A program made the position numbers and the translations under genes. Below the pieces are notes generated by a model, which saw only the letters and a program-made list of their open reading frames with translations, was not told where the DNA came from and ran no database searches. Positions 12,775 through 25,289 of a DNA stretch of 64,000 nt are shown here, in pieces (the first letter of the stretch is position 1; the number at the start of each line of letters is the position of its first letter). Source of the DNA: Azolla caroliniana (taxonomy: Eukaryota > Plantae > Polypodiophyta); NCBI GenBank assembly GCA_043228905.1, contig JBHGNT010000004.1:10726001-10790000 (forward strand), read 5' to 3'.

Positions 12775-13760
12775 TGTGGTGGTCACATGGACCACACCCA
12801 AATTAGACCCCTACCAAGCCCCATAATTAGAAGAGCTAATTGGAGCGGGAGAACACCCTCCACGCTAAGAGTAGTCTACAAAATGTAACTTAGGACGTAA
12901 TGGAAAGGGAGCGATTCTTGAGAGCATTTCACATCTTGAGCATTTCTCACGGAGTACAGATGGACCCAGAGAAGACAAAAGCAGTCCAAAAATTCCTACG
13001 CCCCACCACAGTCAAGCAGCTTCAACGCTTCCTCGGCCTCCTCACGTTCTCTCTCCGCTTCATCCCACGGCTAGCCGACCTATCAACCCCACTACGCGCG
13101 CTCCTGCAAAAAGACGCACCCTTCCTATGGACCGAAGCTTGCGAATCCAGCTTCCTGCAGCTCAAGCGAACACTCCAAGCCTCTGACCTCCTTGTCCACC
13201 CTGATTTCACGAAGCCTTCCCATCTGTAGACGGATGCCTCCAATGTCGGCCTTGGTGCGGTCCTGCTCCAATCCGACGACAACGACCAACTACGCCCGAT
13301 TGCCTACATAAGTCGGTCACTTACCAAAGCCGAACAAAATTACTCAACAACCAAAAAAGAGTTGCTCGCCATCGTCTGGGCATTCCATCGTTTCCACCCA
13401 TACCTACACGGATCAAATACATCAGTCGAAACCGACCATCAGCCATTGCTCTTCCTCATAAAGAAGGCTCATCCACCCGGCCGCTTACTCTATTGGGCTT
13501 TGGCGCTACAGGATTGCACATTCACGTTGCATTATCGCCGTGGTCCCCAAAACATCGTCGCCGATGGATTACCCCGCATCTCCACCAAGATGTGAAATGC
13601 TCTCAAAATGCTCTCAAGAATCGCTCCCTTTCCATTACGTTCTAAGTTACATTTTATAGACTACTCTTAGCGTGGAGGGTGTTCTCCTGCTCCAATTAGC
13701 TCTTCTAATTATGGGGCTTGATAGGGGCCTAATTTGGGTGTGGTCCATGTGACCGCCACA
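12775..13760. mobile_element. Long-TIR element (TGT..ACA, TIRs about 165-175 bp, 4-bp TSD ATAA), Ginger/GingerRoot-like, carrying a gypsy pol fragment
   Basis: 12775-12938 is the reverse complement of 13586-13760 (about 6 transitions and one 11-bp duplication). ATAA lies at 12771-12774 and 13761-13764. Confidence 0.88.
12900..13595 (+). pseudogene. Ty3/gypsy-type RT thumb/connection plus complete RNase H in one frame, with one internal stop
   Basis: DPEKTKAV..QLQRFLGL..PFLWTEACESSF..L*TDASNVGLGAVLLQ..RPIAYISRSLTKAEQNYSTT..TDHQPL..NIVADGLPR. TAG at 13227-13229. Confidence 0.85.
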
Positions 13761-13968
13761 ATAAAACCTTGATGCTTGTCATTTTTCACATTTTTGAAAC
13801 AGATGACCAAGGTTTTAGCAAGGACTGTGTTTTCAACCATCGATGTGCACTTGCCAACCACCTGCACCTACACCGGCATTTGCATCGCCACTTGCTTACT
13901 TGCGAGGTATGCATTTTATTGGTCTCTATTTTTTTTGTCTACATGAAATAGTTTTTTGAAAGTTTTTA

Positions 13969-14885
13969 GTTTTTTTTTTTTTCCAAAAAAATCTCCTTCC
14001 AGTAGTTATAAAATTTTACAAATGAGATTATTATGTACAAATCCATGTAGGGATGCGATAGTTCCATCTTATGTGGATGCCCATTGACTCAAGAAAGGGA
14101 GAGGACGACCATTGTTGGATGAAGGCTATTCATTGTCTTTCAACTCCATCGGAGTTGCCCTTGAGGCCATCATATTGACTCTTTAGAGTGGATACAATTT
14201 CACGCCATATCTCTTGCGGTAACATTGTTGGATGCACGGTTTGGTTGGAGAAGACCCGTCTACACCGTTGTTTCCATAGAATCCAAAGAGTTATTGGGCT
14301 GACCAATTCCAACACAACTTGAGATTTGTCATTAAGAGGAGTTGAGTGGGCATTGCCGATGGTGGAGAAAAAAACCTCTCGTGCCTTTATCACCAAAGTC
14401 ATCCCCTCCTCCTAATGCTCATATCTGCCAACAGGGGTCTGCCATGATAGCCAACATATATTTCCCCACTTGATTGAGCCTTGCACCTGACATACTTGCA
14501 ACAAGCGGCCAACCCCCCCGCCATATTCGATGGGATGTTAGGCAGTCCCACAAAGCGTGTCGTATTGATTCTACTGCATTTGGACACTCTACACAATTAG
14601 GAGAGCTACGGTTCCCACGTTGCCATGCTCCCACCGGTAGTGACTTATGTATTAATAGCCATTGGAACGTGGTAATTCGCCTCGCGTGTTGTTGTTTCCA
14701 GATTTTCTGCCAAAACTTGGTGATAATTGTGTGAGGAACTTGATATGCGTGCCAGACCTTTGCAACAGCCGGCTCTCGGGCAGTTTGAGCAGCTAGGATG
14801 TGGCGACCCAATCTAGTTGTGAATTGGAAGAAAGGGACGGGTTTACTTCCTTGCTCCGCGTTGTCGTGAAGATTTCCAGCTACGG
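13969..14885 (-). mobile_element. LINE 3' fragment (ORF2 C-terminal zinc finger, poly-A tail)
   Basis: FQWLLIHKSLPVG..CVECPNAVESIRHALWDC and LWILWKQRCRRVF motifs. The T-run at about 13969-13982 is the minus-strand poly-A. Cut at 14885 by an LTR. Confidence 0.8.
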
Positions 14886-16892
14886 TGAGAAACTCGGGTG
14901 AGACAAATAAAATGGGGATGTGCAACATTGCACATGCACTTGTAAGTTTGTATAATGAGAATAAGATAACAAAATGTAAGGGGAAGGGTAATAATCTAAG
15001 GTGCTAAAGGTGCACCTCGAGGTTCGTAGAGGCATAAAGGTGATGTGCACTTTGTAGGCTTGAGAGAGGTACATGAAGCATACGTATAGGGAGTAATGGG
15101 CATTGAGTAGGACGGCTAGAGGAGAGAGACTGGAGGCCCATCAATCTCTCCACCTAAGATCGAGGCCAAAGATTCTCCTTTGAAAGAAAGGGGATTTGAC
15201 CACTCCTTTTTGTAATGTGCCTCACCCCTTACTACTATAAAAGGGAGTGAGGGGTCACTTTGGAGGGGGTTGCCTATTTTGAGTGTGAGATGTATACCAC
15301 TTAGTTCTAGGGTTCTTCTTCTTCCTATTTCAGTTTTAGGGTTTCGTCTAGGGTTTTACTCTTCTTGTTTATTTATCCGGTTAGGGTTTCTTGTAGTCGT
15401 TTGGTTTGGCCTATGCAGCCATGGTTGTAATCGTTTGCGGATTCTTAATATAATTTGTTTGTGTATCTTGCCTCCATCTATTTCTTGTTCAATGTTAATG
15501 TCTTATTCTTTCTCCTCTCCTCTTGAGCGAAGCTCCCATTTCTCCTCTACTCCCTAGTCCAAGACCCCCGTGGTCCCGCCTAGGATCCTACATGTACTGG
15601 CGGATTTCCGCGACATTTGGTGAACCCGACGTGAAGATGCGGCAAGGGAGGACGGAGATGGAAGATGATGACTTCGACTTCGCGGAGATGATGGCGAAGA
15701 TTGTGATGGATGCCGGACGAAAGAAGGTGAGGCAAGATGCGGCTCAACAAGCCGTTGAGAGGGTGGTCGATCGATTCGGCCGGTTCAACGGGGACGATGT
15801 CCCGAGATTCTTAGAAGCGTACAATGCTGAGATGACGAAGAGGGGCGTGGATGAAGCAATGATGCTAGAATATTTTTTTCGAGTGGCGGTCGTATCAACG
15901 CACAAAGAGGTCAAGTCGCTTCGAGGAGCTCACGAATCGTGGGAGTCCTTTGAGGGAGCTCTATTGGAGGCGTACAAGTACGCGAAACCGGAATGGGTAT
16001 GCCGGCAACACGATGAGAAGCGATCGGCAACACGATGAGAAGCAAGCGGCAGAGAAGAGAGGGCGGTGAGTGATTACGCACTACCGCCGGAGGAGAGCTC
16101 AACACGTGATGGATCGGAGGAGTACAACCTATGGGAGGCGTACGAGATCGTGAAGTCGAAGATTGAAGCCGAAGAAGGGTTTATTATGGAGTCGAGCCCG
16201 AGAGGATCGGAGGATGCGGAGGAAGAAGCCTCCCTATGGGTCGACAACGGGGCCTATGTAGATGCTGAAAGAGCGTGCAACGACGACGACGTGGGAGAGG
16301 GTGCGTAGCAAGCGACCCTCTCATCTTGCGGAAAGGGAACGGCCATGGATGAGGCCGAAGACTACGGAGCGGGGAGCGCCACTTCGAGAGTGGGCGGAAG
16401 TTTCGGGGCACGGTTGCCTGAAACATCGAACGGGGAGGAAGCAAGCGTAATCGAGGCTTGCGCGATTGAAGACGAGGTAGCCACGGACAACGACGTCCGG
16501 GTGGAGGTGGCTACGGACATGACGGGCGATGGTGTCGAGACCTTGCCCACACCGATTCTTGAGACTCCGGCGGTCGGCCACGAGGGCCCACGTAAGACCC
16601 GAGAGACGAAAGGCAGTAACGGCAAGGCGGGTGACCGAGACGACGACGAGGATAGATCCCTCAACACCGGTGCCGGAAACTACGGCGGTTGTGCCCAAGT
16701 GCGGACATAAGACCAGAGAGATGGGTGGTGGCCATGAGGAGGTGTGGCCCGGAGCGGGCACATACAAAGAGGAAGACGCGAGGCCCGGAACGGGCATATA
16801 CAAAGGGACCAAAGAGGGGCCGGGAGCGGCAACGGTGTTCGGGAGGACCGATTGGGGAAGAAGGTGCGAGCGTCAGATGTGGCGGATCGGAT
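14886..16892 (+). mobile_element. Truncated Ty3/gypsy element A: 5' LTR 14886-15615, PBS-Trp 15618-15634, gag fragment
   Basis: TG..CA LTR with TATA (ctataaaa, about 15235). PBS TGGTGAACCCGACGTGA is complementary to the 3' end of plant tRNA-Trp. Gag motif GRFNGDDVPRFLEAYNAEM is shared with elements B and G. Confidence 0.8.
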
Positions 16893-18811
16893 GGAGCCCA
16901 TCTTATGCAACCGTTGCGTAATCTTTGCATTCCAAGCCCGCGAGGCTTGCTTGAGTCCGTAAAGTGACTTCTTCCGTCGGCAAACTGCCGAAGTGTTCTG
17001 TTTAGATAGAAATCCGGGGGGTTGTACCATGTACACCTGTTCCTCAAGATCTCCTTGCAGGAACGCGTTCTTTACATCCATTTGATGTAAATGCCACCCC
17101 TTCGCCGCCGCTACGGCTAGCACGAAGGTCATCTTCGCGACCGGCACGAAGGTCTCATCGTAATCCACGCCGTGCTTCTGCACGTAGCCTTTCGCAACTA
17201 ATCGGGCCTCATATTGGTTGACAAAGCCGTCCGTGTTGTATTTGACCTTGTACACCCACCTACATCCAATTGGCTTCACACCCTTTAGTGCGTCAACCAG
17301 GTCCCATGTCGCATTTTGCGTTAACGCGTGCATCTCTTCCTCTATTGCAGCATGCCAATTTGCGTCTTTTGCCGCTTTTGCGTAGCTCCCCGGCTCACGC
17401 ACTTCTGCCACTCGCGTCATGTACGCATAATGGTGCGCCATGTATTCATTGTACCCGTATCTCTTCACGGGGTTTTTGAGGCGGGTAGATTGGCGTAATT
17501 CGTGATTACCCGATTTCACGACCTTTTCGGCCGATTTTGCCCTCTTCTGCGGAGGTTCCTTTACGATCGGCTCGATGTTAGATTCGCTCCGAACTGACTC
17601 AGCGTTGCCGAAATCGTACTCCAGTATTTTCTTCTTGCCGTTCTACTTGAGCTCAAGTCGTCTCCTCGGTTCTTTACGCGGGGACATCACAATCGAGTCT
17701 CCACTACTCGCCGTCTCTTCAATAGGTTGGCCATTTCGGCCCAACCCCTCATTCGGCCCACTTGGCCGAAATGAGATCGGACTCTCTTTTAGAGCTCTGA
17801 TTTCTTCATCGTGCGGAGGCATTTCAGCCTCGCTGACTTCGTCCTCAGAATTCAGAATGGAGTCATGAGGAGTTGGAGGTGAAGGCAAGTACCACGAAGC
17901 GGACTCATGGAACACGACATCTTGGCTTATGTGTACTTCCTTCGTTCAGGGGTTGTAACACTTATACCCCTTCTACTTGTCTGAATAGCCGACTAAGTTA
18001 CATTTCTCGGCTTTGGCATCCAGATCCCTCCTTTTCTCCTTCGGCATGTGCACATACGCGATGCTGCCGAAAATCCTCAAGTGTGCCAAGTTCGGCTTCT
18101 TTCCGAAATATAGCTCATGTGGCGACACTCCTCCATTAGCAGAAGTCCGATTCTGTAGGTAGACAGCTATCCTCACGGCTTCGGCCCAATAGAATTTTGG
18201 CATATGCTTCTCTTCAAGCATTGCCCTGGCCGCTTCTTCAATCGTCTGATTCTTCCTTTCGGCTCCGGCGTATATCTACATGAGAATTCACGCCGAATTC
18301 CCTCCTTTTGTAGATAACTCATGAACTGGTCGGAGAAGTACTCCTTCCCACCATTGGACCGTAGACATTTGATCTTGCGCCCTATTTCCCTTTTCGTGAG
18401 GCTCTTCACCTTCAGGAAACATGCGAAGACTTCGTTCTTCTTCGTGATCGTGCATGCCCATGCGTACCGAGTGAAGTCGTCGATGAAGATTACGAAGTAA
18501 CGGCTCCCACCGAGACTCACGTTCTGTGCCGGTCCCCACACATCCGAATGGATTAAATCGAGCGGATTTCGACTCCGATTACACTCATTGCGGAATGGAA
18601 GTCGGTGTTGATTTCCCATCTAACAGGCTTCGCAGACTTGGCCATTACAGCCCCGAAATTTCGGCAAGCCGAAAACACACGAAGCCGTGGGAAATTTACG
18701 TGGCCAAACCTCTTGTGCCACAAGTCGATATCTAATTCGACCTTTTGTCCTTTCGCTTACAATGCGGTTCCAGCTTGATTAGTGTTGAGGATAAACATCC
18801 TCCCTTCACGG
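16893..18811 (-). mobile_element. Ty1/copia element E, downstream part (GAG-pre-integrase, integrase, N-terminal RT), decayed
   Basis: LDLIHSDVWGP..YFVIFIDDFTR, FYWAEAVRIAVYLQNR, ARLVAKGY, LHQMDVKNAFLQG, LYGLKQA. Contiguous with 31269 onward once element B is removed (reads AQGRREGRMFIL). Confidence 0.9.
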
Positions 18812-18914
18812 TGTCGTAGTGTGAATCACACACTATGTGAAATATGTAAAACACTATATCCAATTTAGAGTACGTATAATAAATAAAAATAAAATATTAA
18901 AAATATTTATTACG

Positions 18915-18986
18915 TGCATAGGGTAGGATTCAAACCCTGTACCTCCACGTAGACAAACCCCAGCCTTACCACTATACTAGCATACT
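18915..18986 (-). promoter_or_regulatory. tRNA-like (A-box/B-box) cassette in the 5' LTR of element B
   Basis: Minus strand reads TAGTATAGTGGTAAG-GCTGGGGTTTGTCTACGTGGAGGTACAG-GGTTTGAATCC-TACCCTATGCA, with tRNA-like spacing but poor stems. Confidence 0.65.
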
Positions 18987-19530
18987 ATAAATTTTAAAGT
19001 TATAATAAACTTTATCCCATGTAAATATTTTAGATATGCATGGTACAAAAAGTTATTCATGCATACACACTCGAGTTAAAAGAAAAGATGGGATAGAAAG
19101 CTAATCATGCACATGTAGTGTGCATGAAAACTAAAGTTAGGAAAAGCATGATGCTTGCATGTGATAAACTTAGACTCTTTCAACACTATATAAGGAAGAG
19201 AGAAAGATGATAGGGTTGTTGATTTTTTTTTTAGAAGGATTGATTAATACAAAATATTCGTGGGATTCACGATTTTACCATCTAATTCTCTCTTACAATC
19301 TAATTACCCATTAATACATTATACTCGTGGGATTCACGAGTTTCATATCTTCTTCTTACAATCTCTTCCTAACTAACATTATCTCATATTCTTCTTTCTC
19401 CTAGTCCAAAACCCCAGCGGTTCTCACTGACTCACGCAAACGATCTGGCACCGAAAGGCACGACACATTTGGTGAACCCGACGTGAACACGGGTGGCAAG
19501 GAGATGGAAAATCAACTGGCGGCTAACAAC

Positions 19531-22500
19531 ATGATGATGATGTTCGAGCGGATGCTTCAATAACAACGTGCGATGTCGGAGATAGTGGCGGCAGTAGAGC
19601 GGCTCGTGCAACGGATCGGGCAATTCATCAGAAAGGACGTATCACGCTATCTTCGGGACTACAAGGCGAAAATGATACGGTGCGGGATTTCGGAAGAACT
19701 GCAAGTGACATCCTTCAACCGGGTAGCTACCGACGGGCTTCAAGCAAGTATCCACGGGCTACGACAACAAAATCCGACGTGGGAAGTGTTTGAAGAGGCA
19801 CTAAAGACCACGTTCGCTATCGAGGACTCCTCCAAGGCAACACGGAGAGGATTCGATGATGTGGTGGAAACGCCAGACAAGGGGATGAAGGTCCTCGATG
19901 TGTTTTCAGCATTCGAAAGTCAATTCGGGAGGTTGTGTACGAGAGATCAAGCTATCCTCGCACCGGACAAAGTTATCATGTTCTTATGAGCCGTAGACAT
20001 CCGGCACCGAAAGGATCTTGGAGTGCTTCTAGAGGACACGACTACCGAGAGTGGCCTCACCGAAACATGGGAAAGCGTGCGGGATATCGTCGCGCGATAT
20101 ACAAAGAGGGGGCAATGGCTTTCCAACGAAGAAAAGAGGGTTTCGGTACCGATTCCGAAACCGAGATCCGGATCGGAAGACCATCAACCGCGGGCTCGGG
20201 AGACTATGACCAAGAAGGGAATCGACACAACCACAGTGAAGAAATTGCTGAAGGAGATGGAGAATCTGAAAATCACGATGGTGAAGAAGACGGAAGACCG
20301 TCCCACAAGTTCCAAGTACATGGACTGTCGATGCATATGGTGCGATAGCATCGAACATGATCGGAGAGATTGCGATGAGCACAAGGAGGCGTTACAACGG
20401 GATCTTATCTACTATGAGGGAAATCAGATTCATTCGATGGATTCTCAGAAGCCACTCCAACCGAACTTCCGGAAAGGCGGCATGAAGAAGGTCCTAGAGG
20501 AGGAGATCGCGGCGAAAGACAATTATGCGACAACCGCAGGAATACGTGTGGGAGAGTCATCTGTAGCAAAGGCGTCTTTTTGGCCGGAAGTGTTAGAAAT
20601 TTCGAAGAAAACCGACCATGATGAAATCCGAAGCGCCGCGGAATGTATCCGGGAAGCTACGGGATGGGAGTGCCCCGTAGATAAGAATAGCGTACATGCG
20701 CTATGTCAATTGCATGAAGTGTATGTGGATGAAAAACGACGGCGCACGGATGATGCGGCCGGACCATCAAAGACACCAAAAAGTAGGAACTCCGGAGGGA
20801 AGGGAAAAGAAAAGAAGATTCCAGCATTCAAGCTTGCCTCGGACATCGAACAACAAACGGACTTGAAAAAGGTGTTCGAAGAGAGAATCCTCGATAGCCG
20901 GGTAGAATTTTCGCTTCGGGAATTACTCGGAATAGCAAAGAAGGAGTTCCACGATCTTCTTGTGGATCTCGTGAAGAGAAAAAGACAAAGTACGGAGGAA
21001 AATGCTCAAAGGGTGAATTCAAATACCGTCTTAATGAATAACACCGAAGTGGAGGATGAAATACCGAACTCCCACTACACAAGGCCACACTGGGCACGTG
21101 CAACTACGGAGACTCCGGTCCGAATCGGCAACATCAAAGAGCCCGTGCTAGCATTGATTGATCACGGATCAGAGATCAATTTGATGTCCAAGGGGAAGTG
21201 GCCTATAAACATTAACCATGGATGGAAGATCCGGGCAGCCACTAAAGCAATGGAAGATCTATTTGCGGCTTGTCCGGATGTGACGGTGAAGATCGGGGAT
21301 GTCGAGATCGACCAAAATTTCTTCGTACAAGACAAGGTTTCACATTCCGTGATCCTTGGGCAACCATTTATCACGGCATCACGAATGGAGACGAAGGTGC
21401 TCGATAGCGGTGCGGCTTTCGCATGAATTCGGAGCCAAAGCGGAGGGAAATCCGTCCAATTCCTAACTGTGCCGGCAAATCATGAAAGGAACAAGAGAGA
21501 GCTCTTGTCCCAAACAAGGATGGATTTTTAGAGCGGACTGTTGCGAAGTGGGAAAGTGATAGTCGGAGAAGCCCTGATACCCCACACAGGAAGAAAACTC
21601 TCCGAAAAAAACAAGTACGAATCAGTCTGGATGGGGGGGGCATCTACGTATATGGCTGTAACCGGAGGAAAGAAGAAAGAATACCGAAAAGTGGAGGATG
21701 AGTTGCGGTCAGCATCAATAATAAAGGAAGACGAAGAAATCGTGGGGGTAGTCGAAGAAGTGTTCTATGGGAGCACGCTACAATGGCTTGAAGAGCTTGT
21801 GGAGGATAAAAAGCCAAGGAGACCGGGTAGTCCCGGTGGAATCGGTCGAGATGTATGAGATCATTGTGAAAATGGGGTCGGATGCGCTCCGCAAATAAGA
21901 AGCAATGGTAAGTACAAAATCCAAGACCGTGGAGAAGAAGGTGAAACCGGCCGCGGGACCACTACCCGCCGATAGCGAACAAAAGAGGAAAGAAGTCTCG
22001 GGAGATCCGACACTTCAGAAGTCCGTGGATATCGGACATGTCTTCACGAATGAGACCCGTACGAAACTTCGGATCGGTGGAGGTGGGTTCCTATTAAAGA
22101 ATGAAGAAGAATGATTCCGTGAGATGCTAGAGCGACATGGGAGAGCATTTGCATTTACATTGAAAGAAATAGAATGCACTAACCCGAAGATAGTGGAGCC
22201 GATGGTGATCCTCATGATTGACCATGTGTCGTGGAACCTGAAGCCGATTCTGGTGTCACAGGCGCATATTCCCAAAATCATCGACTTGCTCAAGGAGAAG
22301 GTGGCGATGGGGATTCTAGAGCCATCAAACACTCCGTACTCAAATCGATGGTTTACGGTTCTGAAGAAGAATGGGCCACTCCGATTTATCCAAAACTTGC
22401 AACCGGTGAACAAAGTCATGATTCGGAACTCCGAAGTTGGTCCGATAGTGGACGAATTTGCGGAAGCATTTGCCGGTCGTGCGATATACTCCATTGGAGA

Positions 22501-25059
22501 CCTATACTCGGGGTATGACCAATTTCAACTAGCCGTGGAGAGCCGAGACATCACTACCATGCGGACACCGATAGGATTAGTCCGGATGTGTACGCTACCA
22601 GAAGGCACGACGAACTCAGTCGCACATATGATGAATGCAATGAACAAGGTGCTTTGAGACTACATTCCGGAGATAATGATGCCATTCCTAGATGACATTC
22701 CGATGAAAGGATGCGCAGTAGAAGAAAAAGATGAAACTATGGATGATCGGGGATGCTGAAAGTTCGTAGTCGACCATATTCGTGATTGCGAGAAAGTGCT
22801 TCAAAAGTTAGAAGATGTGCACCTAACACTTTCCAGTGAGAAATTGGCATTCGGGCAAGAAGAAATATTGGTAGTCGGACATCTATGTGGGCCCTACGGC
22901 CGAAGACCATCACCAACCAAGGTCGATGTGATTCAAGCTATGAAAGAAGTATGCGAGTCACAATCCGAAGTTCGAAGGTTTCTTGGAGCATGTGCATTCT
23001 ATCACATATGGATTCCGCACTATGCACATATTGCGGACCCACTCTATCACTTGTTGCGGAAGGGTAAGAAGTTCGAATGGAAACCGGAGCATACCAAAGC
23101 CGTGAAGAAGCTCAAGAAATCACTACGGAGGGTAAAAACACTAAAGAAGCCGAACTATGACCGACCGATCATAGTAACGGTTGACACAAGTCCAACCGGA
23201 ATCCGATGGGTCATCAATCAAGCCGACTCGGATGGTTCGCGATATCCGATCCGATTCGGAGCAAAGGTTCTCAACGAAAGGCAATGCGGATATGCACAAG
23301 TCAAAAGAGAATTATGGGGAGTCGTGTTGGCAATCAAATCGGATCGAGATTATTTGATCGGAGCCGAAGTAATGATCGAAACGGATTGTCTTCCGATACT
23401 CGGGATGATGCGATGTTGGACAATACTGGATGTGGCTATGCTAAGGTGGATTGCATATGTTAAGTCATTTAATCCGGAGGTACGGCACATCTCCGGAAAA
23501 GACAATGCAGTAGCGGATATGCTATCAAGGCCGCTGTTTGGAGATGACATAACCGAATCCGATAATGAAGAAGTTTCCGAAGACTACTTTGCTTCGGAGC
23601 ACATATGCCGGGTGAACGTAATCCGAGAATTCCGGGAAGAAGAATATGAGGGAGAAAGCTTGTTGATCGGGAAAGTGCTACAAGAAATCGAAGAATCATT
23701 GGACAATAAAGAGAAGAGAGCCGAGATCCGAAGTAAGAAGCGGCAAGTCCGAAAGTTCTTCTTGAAAAATGGATTAATATGGAGGGAGCCGAAAAGACCG
23801 GATGGCATACCACTTCGGGTAGTCGGGACGAAAGAGCAACGAAACCGGATAATGTCCGAATTTCATGAATCCGATTGGACTGGACATCGAGGAACATGGG
23901 CAACTTTTGTGAAAATCAAACAAAAATATTGGTGGAAGAACATGTACAAAGATATAGCGGAGTTCACGGAAAGCTGCGAGAAGTGTCAAATCTACTCCGA
24001 AGTTCGACACCGAGATGAGTTACATCCGACAATCAACTTCAAGTGGATGGTTGATATTGTAGCCATGCCAACTGGGATCGGACAAAAGAAGTACTTGGTG
24101 TTAGCTCGGGAAGATCTCACAAACCAAGTAGAAGGTCAGGCGCTACGAAGGAAAACGTGTTTTGTGGTATGCCAATTTCTTTTGGAGGAGGTGTTTTGCA
24201 GGTACGGGTGCGTAGGACAAGTGATTGCGGATCGGGGAGAACTCGACTCTGATAAAGCTAAGGAATTCTTCACCAAACATGGAGTTCGGTTAACACTGAC
24301 AACGGCATACAATCCGGAAGCCAACGGGAAGATGGAATGAGGACATAGTCCGATCGTCAAAGCACTTGCAAAGGCATGCGATGGAAGGGTGAAGGATTGG
24401 CCGTAGATGCTTCCGTATGCACTATGGGTGGATCGGACGACGCATAGCTCCGTAACCGGTTACATGCCGGCAGAACTCATGACCAGACAAGCATTGGTAA
24501 TGCCAACGGAAACCACGATCACGACATGGACAGTGCTACCATGGAAGGAAGAGATGAACCGGGAAGAACTACTAGCGGTCCAGATACGACAACTAGAGGG
24601 AAGACCGGAAGACATAGCGAAAGCAATACACCGACAACAAGAAGCCTGATTCCGGAAGAAAAGCCTGTTCGACACAAAGCGCCGACTACGACTGCAGAAG
24701 ATTGAAGAAGGAGATTGGGTGATTTTGTCTACGACAGTAGTTTGGATCATCAACATACAACGATGCGAAAGTTCGCGAAAAGGTGGTTCGGGCCATACGA
24801 GGTTCGGAAAGTTTTCGACAATGGAACTTACCGACTATGCAAGTTGGATGGAACGATACTACGAGTGCTTATAACCGAGAAACGGGTCAAGATTTTCAAA
24901 AAGCGGACTGATGAAGAACCCTATGTGATCCTAGATAAGACCGACAAGGAGGAGCAATCGGACAAAGATCGCGGTGATGCGGAAAGCGAAGAAAGTGGAT
25001 TACAACTCATAGTCGACTTAAGGGAAGAATCGGAGGAAGCTTCGGATGAAGGTGAATAG
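19531..25059 (+). pseudogene. gag-protease-RT-RNase H-integrase of element B (multiple stops and frameshifts)
   Basis: CIWCDSIEHDRRDC knuckle; ALIDHGSEINL protease; DLYSGYDQ and PFLDD in RT; VDTSP RNase H; GHRG..CEKC and ADRGE..YNPEANG integrase; WFGPYEV. No chromodomain seen. Confidence 0.92.
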
Positions 25060-25217
25060 CAAGCATCAGGGACTTCGGCACATACCAGAGGATGTGCGGG
25101 TTCGGGGGGGCGAGTGTCGTAGTGTGAATCACACACTACGTGAAATATGTAAAACACTATGTCCGATTTAGAGTACGTATAATAAATAAAAATAAAATAT
25201 TAAAAATATTTATTACG

Positions 25218-25289
25218 TGCATAGGGCAGGATTCAAACCTTGTACCTCCACGTAGACAAACACCAACCTTACCACTATACTAGAATACT
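25218..25289 (-). promoter_or_regulatory. tRNA-like (A-box/B-box) cassette in the 3' LTR of element B
   Basis: Homologous copy of 18915-18986 with identical A and B boxes. Confidence 0.65.

Noticed and set aside
16066-17047. Numerous overlapping ORFs as novel genes (also 29400-30100, 53300-54750, 55360-56250)
   Set aside because: They are alternative or antisense frames of GC-rich retroelement sequence or LTR repeats, with no recognisable domains.
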